DNA of 24,000 nucleotides from Leptolyngbya sp. BC1307 (GCF_002286735.1 NZ_NRTA01000017.1:18656-42655), one strand, 5' to 3'. Shown: positions 16,411 through 24,000, counted from the stretch's first letter. Notes: generated by a model from the letters alone, not told the origin. Made by a program: numbers and translations.

Positions 16411-16703
16411 AGCCCTAGTTCTTCCCAGCTTCTACCCCTACTTTGCTCAAGTAGCGCATCAAAATCAACCTGCTCAAGCGACTCCGTATCAAACACCAAA
16501 ATGCCATCCTGATCTCGAAGGCGAGACTCTACCGAATCAACTCTCATCGCAGTATCCGCAGATAGCGTAACAGATAGGCTAACTTGCGCTTTAAGTGCGT
16601 TTATTTTTTCCGTGACAGCCTGCAAAATAAACTGCTCCGGCGAGAGTCCTTGCCGCCTAGCAATTTGTTCAACTTCTTGTTGCAAAGCAGAGGATAGATC
16701 CAT
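16407..16703 (-). CDS. type II antitoxin (VapB-like, helical/RHH-like N-terminus) paired with VapC
   Basis: 98 aa, directly upstream of and overlapping the PIN gene. N-terminal LQQEVEQIARRQGLSPEQFILQAVTEKI resembles small DNA-binding antitoxin folds. The C-terminal half is acidic. The call rests on position and size rather than a firm motif. Confidence 0.65.
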   Translation of the reverse strand: MDLSSALQQEVEQIARRQGLSPEQFILQAVTEKINALKAQVSLSVTLSADTAMRVDSVESRLRDQDGILVFDTESLEQVDFDALLEQSRGRSWEELGL

Positions 16704-16762
16704 AGCGAGGCTAATAGCTGCGATACAGCCATTCTAGCTTGGATCAAACCCACGTAATTTAT

Positions 16763-16776
16763 GAGTACAAATACTC
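16763..16776. promoter_or_regulatory. inverted repeat GAGTA-N4-TACTC, candidate operator upstream of the antitoxin gene
   Basis: Read directly. Lies 60-73 bp upstream of the antitoxin ATG (16703), in the divergent vapB/hsdR intergenic region. The function is inferred only. Confidence 0.25.
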
Positions 16777-16850
16777 GTCTCAGCTCAGCTTAATTCAATC
16801 AATATTTTCAACTGGGTAAGCTAAGCAAGTATTGTCCTGTACTTCATACA

Positions 16851-16870
16851 ACGCTTCGTAAAATAAGCGT
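16851..16870. promoter_or_regulatory. inverted repeat ACGCTT-N8-AAGCGT just upstream of hsdR
   Basis: Read directly (ACGCTTCGTAAAATAAGCGT). Lies 25-44 bp upstream of the hsdR ATG (16895). It could be an operator or a 5'-UTR hairpin. Confidence 0.25.
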
Positions 16871-16894
16871 AACGCCCCCTTCAGCCCCAGCTCA

Positions 16895-19800
16895 ATGACT
16901 CACCAACTCAACGAATCCGCCATCGAAACCCTTGCCATTGAGCTACTCCAGCGCCAGGGCTACACCCACCTACACGCTCCCGGCCCTGATAGCCCCACCC
17001 CCGAACGCAGCCGCTACGAAGAAGTCATCCTCACTAACCGCCTAGAAGCCGCCCTGCACCGCATCAACCCCAACACCAGCCCCGACAAACTGCAAACCGC
17101 CCTCAAAGACATCCAGCGCATTTCATCACCCGACTTGCCCGCCAATAACGAAGCCTTCCACCGCCTGCTCACCGAAGGCGTCAACATCACTATTCAGCAA
17201 GACGGCGGCGAACGCGGCGACCTCGTATGGCCAATCGACTTCGCCCACCCCAACAATAACGATTTCGTCGTCGCCAGTCAGTTCACCGTCATCGAAAACA
17301 ACCACAACAAGCGCCCCGACCTAGTGCTATTCATCAACGGCCTGCCCCTGGTCGTGATCGAGCTAAAAAACGCTACCGACGAAAACGCCACCCTCAAAAC
17401 CGCCTACCAGCAGATCGAAACCTACAAAGCCACCATCCCCAGCCTGTTCACCCCCAACGCCTTTTCGATCATCTCCGACGGACTCGAAGCCAGAGCCGGT
17501 TCCCTCTCCGCCGGATTCAGCCGCTTCATGGCCTGGAAAACCGCCGACGGCAAAACCCAAGCCTCGCCCCTGGTCAGTCAGCTCGAAACGCTGATCGCAG
17601 GCATGTTAAACAAAGCCACCCTGCTAGACCTTGTGCGCCACTTCATCGTCTTTGAAAAAACCAAAAAAGAAGACCCCAGCACCAAAGTCATCAGCATCCA
17701 GACCGTCAAAAAGCTCGCCGCTTACCACCAGTACTACGCCGTCAACGCCGCCATCGAATCTACGCTGAGGGCCGCGAACATTGGAGCTGCTGATATCAGC
17801 GCTCCTTTTGAGGGCGCATTCAAAGCGGGGGAAAGCCCAGCCAGCTATGGACTGGGTGATGTGGCTCAGCAGCCGAAGGGCGATCGCAAAGCAGGCGTCG
17901 TCTGGCACACCCAAGGCTCCGGAAAATCCCTGTCAATGGTGTTCTACACCGGCAAAATCGTTCAAACCCTCAACAACCCAACCATCCTCGTTATCACCGA
18001 CCGCAACGACCTGGACGATCAGCTCTTTGACACCTTCGCCGCCTCAAAGCAGCTCCTACGCCAAGACCCGGTACAAGCAGGCGATCGCGACGAGCTAAAG
18101 AGTCTGCTAAAAGTCGCTTCTGGTGGCGTCGTTTTCTCCACCATTCAAAAATTCCAACCCGAAGACGGCAACATTTACGAACAGCTCTCAGAGCGCCGCA
18201 ACATCGTCGTTATCGCCGACGAAGCCCACCGCACCCAATACGGCTTCAGCGCCAAAACCATCGACGAAAAAGACGACAGTGGCACCCTGATCGGTAAAAA
18301 AGTCGTCTACGGCTTCGCCAAATACCTGCGCGACGCCCTGCCCAGCGCCACCTACCTCGGCTTCACCGGCACCCCCATCGAAAAAACCGACGCCAACACC
18401 CCGGCAGTGTTCGGCAACTATGTAGACATTTACGACATCGCCCAAGCCGTAGAAGACGGGGCCACCGTGCGCATCTTCTATGAAAGCCGCCTTGCCAAAA
18501 TCAGCCTCAGCGACGCAGGCAGAAAGCTGATTGCGCAGCTAGATGAAGACCTAGCCCAAGACGACCTAGCCGAAGCCCAGAAAGCCAAAGCCAATCGCAC
18601 CAAAGTAGAAGCCCTCATCGGCAATCCTCAACGCATCCAAACCATCGCGCAAGATATCGTCAGTCACTTTGAAGCACGGCAAGAAGTCTTTGCCGGTAAA
18701 GGCATGGTCGTGAGCATGTCGCGCCGCATCGCTGCCGAACTTTACGACGCTATTATCCAGATCCGCCCCGACTGGCACGACGACGACCCCGCTAAGGGCG
18801 CGATCAAGGTGGTGATGACTGCCAAATCGAGCGAAGGCTCTCAAATTGCCAAGCATCACACCACCAAAACACAGCGTAAGAATCTAGCCGACCGCATGAG
18901 AGACGACACCGACCCGCTGAAGCTGGTGATCGTGCGCGACATGTGGCTCACCGGCTTCGACGCGCCTAGTCTGCACAGCTTGTATATCGACAAGCCGATG
19001 AAAGGTCATAACCTGATGCAGGCGATCGCCCGCGTCAACCGCGTCTACAAAGACAAACCCGGTGGCCTCGTCGTAGACTATCTCGGCATCGCCTCAGACC
19101 TGAAAGAAGCCCTCTCCTTCTACTCCGACGCAGGCGGCAAAGGCGATCCTACTCTCGCCCAGGAGCAAGCCGTCGCTCTCATGCTCGAAAAGCTCGAAGT
19201 GGTTTCTGCGATGTACCACGGCTTCCCCTACGAGAACTACTTTGACGCCGACACCGCCCGTAAACTGTCGATGATTTTGGCCGCAGAAGAGCATATCTTG
19301 GGCTTAGAGGACGGTAAGAAGCGCTATATCAACGAGGTGACGGCATTGTCTCAGGCGTTTGCGATCGCCATCCCCCACGAGCAAGCCCTAGACGCCAAAG
19401 ATGAGGTCGGCTTCTTCCAAGCCATCAAAGCCCGCCTGACCAAATTCGACAGTCCCAGCGAAGGCCGCAGCAACGAAGAACTCGAAACCACCATCCGCCA
19501 AGTCATCGATCAGGCGCTGGTATCAGAGCAGGTGATCGATGTATTCGACGCCGCAGGCATCAAAAAGCCAGACATCTCCATCCTCTCCGATGAATTCCTG
19601 GCCGAACTCAAAGACTACGAGCATAAAAACATCGCCCTAGAAGTGATGAAAAAGCTGCTCAACGACGAGCTAAAAGCCCGCGCCAAGACGAACCTCGTAC
19701 AGAGCAAAACCCTGCTAGAGATGCTCGAAAACGCCCTCAAGCGCTACCAAAACAAAATCCTCACCGCCGCCGAAGTGATGGATGAGCTAATCCACATCAG

Positions 19801-20134
19801 TAAAGAGATCGTATCCTCCGATTCTGAAGCCTCAGCAATGGGCCTATCCGAGTACGAATACGCCTTTTACACCGCCGTCGCCAATAACGACAGCGCCCGC
19901 GAGCTGATGCAGCAAGACAAGCTGCGCGAACTCGCCGTCGTCCTCACCCAAAAGATTCGCGAGAACGCCACCATTGACTGGGCTATTAAGGAGAACATGC
20001 GGGCCAAGCTCAAAGTCATCGTCAAACGGCTGCTAAGAAAGTATGGCTACCCACCTGATATGCAGCTACTGGCCACCGAAACTGTACTCAAGCAGGCTGA
20101 GGTGATCGCCAGTGAGCTGACCGGCCAGCCGTAG
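16895..20134 (+). CDS. hsdR: Type I restriction-modification system, endonuclease/translocase subunit R
   Basis: 1079 aa. N-terminal PD-(D/E)xK nuclease motif (RPDLVLFINGLPLVVIELK). SF2 helicase motifs: Walker A HTQGSGKS, DEAH box VIADEAHRTQ, plus FTGTPI and LTGFDAP...QAIARVNR. The C-terminal helical domain (EYEYAFYTAV...IDWAIKENMRAKLKVIVKRLLRKYGYPPD) is typical of HsdR C-termini (DUF3387-like). Confidence 0.95.
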   Translation: MTHQLNESAIETLAIELLQRQGYTHLHAPGPDSPTPERSRYEEVILTNRLEAALHRINPNTSPDKLQTALKDIQRISSPDLPANNEAFHRLLTEGVNITIQQDGGERGDLVWPIDFAHPNNNDFVVASQFTVIENNHNKRPDLVLFINGLPLVVIELKNATDENATLKTAYQQIETYKATIPSLFTPNAFSIISDGLEARAGSLSAGFSRFMAWKTADGKTQASPLVSQLETLIAGMLNKATLLDLVRHFIVFEKTKKEDPSTKVISIQTVKKLAAYHQYYAVNAAIESTLRAANIGAADISAPFEGAFKAGESPASYGLGDVAQQPKGDRKAGVVWHTQGSGKSLSMVFYTGKIVQTLNNPTILVITDRNDLDDQLFDTFAASKQLLRQDPVQAGDRDELKSLLKVASGGVVFSTIQKFQPEDGNIYEQLSERRNIVVIADEAHRTQYGFSAKTIDEKDDSGTLIGKKVVYGFAKYLRDALPSATYLGFTGTPIEKTDANTPAVFGNYVDIYDIAQAVEDGATVRIFYESRLAKISLSDAGRKLIAQLDEDLAQDDLAEAQKAKANRTKVEALIGNPQRIQTIAQDIVSHFEARQEVFAGKGMVVSMSRRIAAELYDAIIQIRPDWHDDDPAKGAIKVVMTAKSSEGSQIAKHHTTKTQRKNLADRMRDDTDPLKLVIVRDMWLTGFDAPSLHSLYIDKPMKGHNLMQAIARVNRVYKDKPGGLVVDYLGIASDLKEALSFYSDAGGKGDPTLAQEQAVALMLEKLEVVSAMYHGFPYENYFDADTARKLSMILAAEEHILGLEDGKKRYINEVTALSQAFAIAIPHEQALDAKDEVGFFQAIKARLTKFDSPSEGRSNEELETTIRQVIDQALVSEQVIDVFDAAGIKKPDISILSDEFLAELKDYEHKNIALEVMKKLLNDELKARAKTNLVQSKTLLEMLENALKRYQNKILTAAEVMDELIHISKEIVSSDSEASAMGLSEYEYAFYTAVANNDSARELMQQDKLRELAVVLTQKIRENATIDWAIKENMRAKLKVIVKRLLRKYGYPPDMQLLATETVLKQAEVIASELTGQP

Positions 20135-20305
20135 AAGAACAAGCACCGCAGAAAAGCCAATACCCTTTAAAGTGACGTGCAAATCGGCATGGCTAGGCGG
20201 TACATTGAGTTCTAGCCGCCAGAATTACCTGTAAATCCTTGACGGTCAGCAGAAGGGACACTAGCTTTGCCTCTCGGTCAGCCTATCCTGTCAACATAAA
20301 TCTCT

Positions 20306-21082
20306 ATGGCATACGATCACCATCTCAAGCAAATTGAGGCGCTGGCCCTCAGCGATGAGAAAAAATCATATTTAGAAAACCGCTGGCTAGATCAGTATGC
20401 CTGGTTTGAGCGGCGGGCAAAAACCATGCAGATGTGGTATCGCCGTCTGCGGCTGATTGTTGTCATCGGAGGCGTATTGATTCCAAGTTTAATTGGCATC
20501 AAATTTTCTCCCGACATAGGCGCTCTATTCGGATTGAGAGATCAGCCGGTCGAGCAAGAACCTGCCTGGGTAAGTGTCGCGAGTGGCCTTACAGATGGCG
20601 TCATTTTTATTATCAGCTTGATAGTGGCGATCGCGGCTGCACTTGAAGAATTTTTTAACTTTGGAGAGAAGCACCGAAATTATCGCAGAGCCGCCGAAGC
20701 GATGAAAGGAGAATACTGGCAGTTTTTACTGCTCTCAGGTCACTACAGCAAGTATCAAGACGATGCGATGGACTATGCCCAATCGATCAAGGCTGCTTAC
20801 GGTACGTTTGTCCAGCGGATAGAACAAATTATCGAAGACGATGTTCGCAGCTTTATCGAGCTAGTCGATGAACAAATGCTCGAAGACAATCGCCAAACTC
20901 AAAAGATGTTGCAGGACAAAACAGATGGTTTGATGAGTGAACTCAAACATATCGGCGATCGCTTGGCAGCAATAGAGGGTGCGCCTGCTAAGCGATCGCC
21001 AACCAATCCTACAGCCGCTCCCTCAGAAACGCCCGATACCTCAGCCGCAATCATGGCTATTGATCTAACAGATCAGCCCTAG
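20306..21082 (+). CDS. DUF4231/SLATT-like two-transmembrane protein with coiled-coil/disordered C-terminal tail
   Basis: 258 aa. Pattern YLENRWLDQYAWFERRAKTMQMWYRRLRLIVVIGGVLIPSLIGI (TM1), then VIFIISLIVAIAAALEEFF (TM2), then NFGEKHRNYRRAAEAMKGEYWQF. This matches my memory of the DUF4231 family in the SLATT clan. The assignment is from pattern only. Confidence 0.6.
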   Translation: MAYDHHLKQIEALALSDEKKSYLENRWLDQYAWFERRAKTMQMWYRRLRLIVVIGGVLIPSLIGIKFSPDIGALFGLRDQPVEQEPAWVSVASGLTDGVIFIISLIVAIAAALEEFFNFGEKHRNYRRAAEAMKGEYWQFLLLSGHYSKYQDDAMDYAQSIKAAYGTFVQRIEQIIEDDVRSFIELVDEQMLEDNRQTQKMLQDKTDGLMSELKHIGDRLAAIEGAPAKRSPTNPTAAPSETPDTSAAIMAIDLTDQP

Positions 21083-21109
21083 AAGGAGATAGGCCCTAGA
21101 AAGAGATAG
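21076..21109. repeat. 17-bp tandem duplication (16/17 identical) spanning the stop codon of the SLATT-like gene
   Basis: Read directly: GCCCTAGAAGGAGATAG (21076-21092) and GCCCTAGAAAGAGATAG (21093-21109). The first copy contains the TAG stop at 21080-21082. Confidence 0.85.
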
Positions 21110-21261
21110 ATAGAGGACAGCGCTGCCGTTGAACGATTGGCTGCTTCACTGCATAAAGAATGTAGCGTTTGCAACGAAAAATTCAGATCTCAAGTAACTT
21201 TTGGCCTATACTGAGGCCCAACGGACGGCAGCACTTATAGAGTGTTTTGCAGCCGTTCTAT

Positions 21262-22272
21262 ATGAAAAATGGCCCTGCAAGCCGCCGGGCAAGTAGCCAA
21301 ATGAACAACACCGCACTAAATAGCAAGGCCAAACCCAGTTGGGCAGGTGACGACTTACTCTCCCGTTTCGTAAATCTGTTGATTCAGACCAAGCCGATTT
21401 ACGGTGTGATGAAATCTCAAGCCAGGCGAGTCTTGATCAAGACCGCTGAGAAAAACGGCATTCAGTGGCGAGAAAACTACGAGGCGCTAGAAGCTTCGGC
21501 AGCAAAGCAAGCGCTGACAACAATCGCTAACCCGAAGATTGTTTATCCAGACTATTATCAAGTGCCTTTTCATGCCTACGATGAAGGCAATTTGTGCTGG
21601 CCAGCCGCCTTTGAAGCGGAGTCAGCTACCCAGGCGATGGCGCTGCGCATCTGGCCGCAGGAAGACCTGACCTGGCAAGCCGCTCAAGCCCGATTGCGTA
21701 CTAGCTTTCACGACGTGCTGGCTGAGCATGGCCCGCCTTCGGTACGAGACATTTTAGACATCGGCTGTTCGGTCGGCATCTCCACGCGAACTATCCATGA
21801 CTATTACGAGAAGACTCAAAACCATTCTGTTCGCACTGTGGGTTTAGATCTTTCTCCTTACATGCTAGCGGTGGCAAAAGTGCAAGATGAAGAGGGGGCG
21901 ATCGCTCAATGGATTCACACCAAAGCCGAAGACACCGGCCTCTCAGGGGCATCTTTTGACCTGATCACGCTGCAATTTGTCATTCACGAACTGCCGCGCC
22001 ACATTACCCAAGCCATCTTTCGCGAAGCCCATCGGCTGCTGCGACCCGGCGGCTGTTTGGCAATTGTCGATAACAATCCGCAGTCGGAAGTCATTCAAAA
22101 CCTGCCGCCCGTCCTCTTCACCCTGATGAAAAGCACCGAACCCTGGAGCGATGACTATTACACCTTTAATGTAGAAGCGGCCTTGCAGGAAAGCGGACTT
22201 GAGCATGTAGTGACCATCATGAGCGATCCGCGCCATCGCACTCTGATTAGCAGAAAGCCATCTTCGTCATAA
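21262..22272 (+). CDS. class I SAM-dependent methyltransferase
   Basis: ORF 21247..22272 (TTG). SAM motif I ILDIGCSVGISTR, post-I GLDLSPYML, then FDLITLQFVIHELP and LRPGGCLAIVD. Start uncertain: ATG 21262 or ATG 21301. Confidence 0.8.
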   Translation: MKNGPASRRASSQMNNTALNSKAKPSWAGDDLLSRFVNLLIQTKPIYGVMKSQARRVLIKTAEKNGIQWRENYEALEASAAKQALTTIANPKIVYPDYYQVPFHAYDEGNLCWPAAFEAESATQAMALRIWPQEDLTWQAAQARLRTSFHDVLAEHGPPSVRDILDIGCSVGISTRTIHDYYEKTQNHSVRTVGLDLSPYMLAVAKVQDEEGAIAQWIHTKAEDTGLSGASFDLITLQFVIHELPRHITQAIFREAHRLLRPGGCLAIVDNNPQSEVIQNLPPVLFTLMKSTEPWSDDYYTFNVEAALQESGLEHVVTIMSDPRHRTLISRKPSSS

Positions 22273-22327
22273 ACAAACTGTCGGATTCGCCCTTTAACTG
22301 ACGAATTCAAGATCTCTGAGGGCCATC

Positions 22328-22708
22328 ATGAATCTGAACCAAGTCACGCTTCCTTCAACAGATATCAGGCGCTCTGTCGCTTTTTGCAGAGGCATGGGAT
22401 TTAGGCTCATTGTCGAGTCTGAAGACTATGCCAGGTTTGAGTGTCCGGCGGGCGAATCGACTTTTTCAGTACACAAATTAGTCGATATCAAACCAGGCTC
22501 TGACACTATCATCTACTTTGAATCTGATGAGCTTGATCAGTTGTTTTTAGACCTGACTAATGAGGGATATGCCTTTGAGTATGCCCCTAGAGACGAGCCG
22601 TGGCTATGGAGAGAGACCAGGCTCAAAGATCCGGATGGCAATATGATTTGCCTATTTTGTGCGGGCGTTAATCGCAAGCATCCACCGTGGCGCGTGATTG
22701 ATGCATGA
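22328..22708 (+). CDS. VOC family (glyoxalase/bleomycin-resistance/dioxygenase fold) protein
   Basis: 126 aa. N-terminal LNQVTLPSTDIRRSVAFCRGMGFRL and C-terminal RLKDPDGNMICLF are typical of the VOC beta-alpha-beta-beta-beta fold. Confidence 0.75.
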   Translation: MNLNQVTLPSTDIRRSVAFCRGMGFRLIVESEDYARFECPAGESTFSVHKLVDIKPGSDTIIYFESDELDQLFLDLTNEGYAFEYAPRDEPWLWRETRLKDPDGNMICLFCAGVNRKHPPWRVIDA

Positions 22709-22713
22709 ACTCT

Positions 22714-24000
22714 CTAAGTGAGCTTTTCGATGGCGCTGCGCAAAAACTGTTTGACAAATTCATCGCGCCGGTTGAGCTGATACTGCTGCTCTACAACGGC
22801 CTGAATGCCGCGATCGCCCCAATCTTGATTAGCCTGAAAGTAAACCATAAAACTCTTGCCCGCAATCCGCGTTAGATAGGCCGCGCTCGCCCCCTGCACC
22901 AGCTTACTAGCGACTGCCGTAGCCAAATTCACCTGTAACCCCACCGCTAATAGCTTCATCGCCCCCTTGGCCAAACTCAGCGCCGCCATTGTTTTCGCCA
23001 GCGACACCGCCAGTGTCTTCGCCTCCTCAATGCTGACTTCTACCCCATAGACCCGGCCTAGCTCCACCACCATTTGCGCATTCACCGCAGCCGTCGCCAG
23101 CATATCTACCACCGGCAGCGGTGTGGCCGCCAACACGCCTGCCCCTATCCACTGATAGCGATCTACAATTTTTTCTGCCTGCTGCTGTCGTTGCACAGTG
23201 ATTAGCGTGCGCGCATCTGCGCTCAGCCGCTGAGATTGCAACAGCAGATTGCTAGCAATCAGATCAGATCCTTCTTGCCGCAAAATAGTCAGCATGCGTT
23301 CGATCAGGTCGGCAATAGTCGGATCGGGCTGAACCATTGTGCCATCTGCTAGCTGAGCCGGAGACGGGCGGGCGGCGATCGCCACTACATCTTCAGCCGC
23401 CATCAGCCCCCGCGTGCGCTCACGCAGTCGCCCTAAAATCTGTTCTCTCTCTTCGGGTAAATAGCGATCGCTCTTATTGAAGACAAGCAGCGATCGCTTT
23501 CCCATACCCACTAGCATCGCCAGCGGCTCATACTCCACCCGATGCAGGTCGTTGTCAATCACAAACAACAGCAAATCCGCTGAGGTGGCTAGTGCTTTGG
23601 CCTGCTGCGCCCGCTCTTCACCAAATTCTCCTGCCTCTAACAATCCTGGCGTATCAGTAATGAGAATCTCCTGATCCCGGTTAGCGAGTCCGGGCACCCC
23701 TATCCGATAAGTCTGCGCTACCTGAGTCGTGCCTAGCGTCGCCGCTACGGGCGCAGCCATCTCACCGAGCAGGGCATTTACCAGCGCCGTCTTCCCTGCC
23801 GACCCCAGGCCAAACACCACTATCTGAAATGTCTGTTCTTCTAGCCGCTGCGCCAGTGCCTGAGACCGAGCCGCCAAAGCCTGCCGCGCAATCTCATCTT
23901 CGATTTGGCTAACCTGCTGCTGAGCCGCCTGCAAGCTCACCGCCGCCACTTTATCTGGCGTCTCCGGCAGGGTCACCACCCGCTTGCGCCGAGGCCGCAA
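22714..24000 (-). CDS. GTPase (MMR_HSR1-like) fused to a DUF697/YcjF-like C-terminal domain; may continue beyond the window end
   Basis: G1 VVFGLGSAGKTALVNALLG, G3 ITDTPGL, G4 FNKSDR. C-terminal DRYQWIGAGVLAATPLPVVDMLATAAVNAQMVVELGRVYG fits DUF697. The reading frame is open up to position 24000, so the true start is not determinable here. Confidence 0.85.
   Translation of the reverse strand: MRPRRKRVVTLPETPDKVAAVSLQAAQQQVSQIEDEIARQALAARSQALAQRLEEQTFQIVVFGLGSAGKTALVNALLGEMAAPVAATLGTTQVAQTYRIGVPGLANRDQEILITDTPGLLEAGEFGEERAQQAKALATSADLLLFVIDNDLHRVEYEPLAMLVGMGKRSLLVFNKSDRYLPEEREQILGRLRERTRGLMAAEDVVAIAARPSPAQLADGTMVQPDPTIADLIERMLTILRQEGSDLIASNLLLQSQRLSADARTLITVQRQQQAEKIVDRYQWIGAGVLAATPLPVVDMLATAAVNAQMVVELGRVYGVEVSIEEAKTLAVSLAKTMAALSLAKGAMKLLAVGLQVNLATAVASKLVQGASAAYLTRIAGKSFMVYFQANQDWGDRGIQAVVEQQYQLNRRDEFVKQFLRSAIEKLT

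Noticed and set aside
17363-19294. Series of minus-strand ORFs within hsdR (17363..17560, 17624..17914, 18188..18445, 18566..18859, 19094..19294) and plus-strand ORF 17781..18098
   Set aside because: These Gly/Val/Phe-rich translations are the antisense or off-frame shadow of the C-rich hsdR frame. hsdR carries the complete nuclease and helicase motif sets, so these are spurious.
20191-20220. GGCTAGGCGG...CTAGCCGCC after hsdR as a terminator hairpin
   Set aside because: The arms are circularly permuted rather than truly complementary, giving only two mutually exclusive 5-6-bp helices, and no T-run follows. Not a convincing intrinsic terminator.

Overview
The window looks like a cyanobacterial chromosome segment. 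Evidence: many HIP1 octamers (GCGATCGC), an ndhS-like gene, SLH-domain and CHASE2/FecR genes, and mostly C-ending codons. Positions 1-11866 and 21247-24000 hold ordinary genes. These are a nucleoside hydrolase, an SLH lipoprotein, a CHASE2 hybrid histidine kinase with an upstream FecR-like ORF, a peptide-type ABC binding protein plus one permease, an ABA4-like membrane protein, ndhS, a conserved unknown, an FAD oxidoreductase, a SAM methyltransferase, a VOC/glyoxalase protein and a GTPase-DUF697 protein. Positions ~11.9-21.1 kb form a composite defence locus built on a Type I restriction-modification system (hsdM, hsdS, hsdR) with three extra modules. (1) A COG2865-type gene (Schlafen-like AlbA_2 domain, HATPase_c_4 domain, winged HTH) sits between hsdM and hsdS and appears translationally coupled to both. 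(2) An antisense vapBC (PIN toxin/antitoxin) pair lies between hsdS and hsdR. (3) A two-TM DUF4231/SLATT-like protein lies just downstream of hsdR. Synonymous codon choice is visibly mosaic across the locus: hsdM plus most of the COG2865 gene favour G/T-ending codons, the wHTH tail plus hsdS are AT-rich, and hsdR is C/A-ending like the host. I saw no rRNA, tRNA, CRISPR array, transposase or integrase. All family assignments come from motifs read by eye in the supplied translations; no searches were run.
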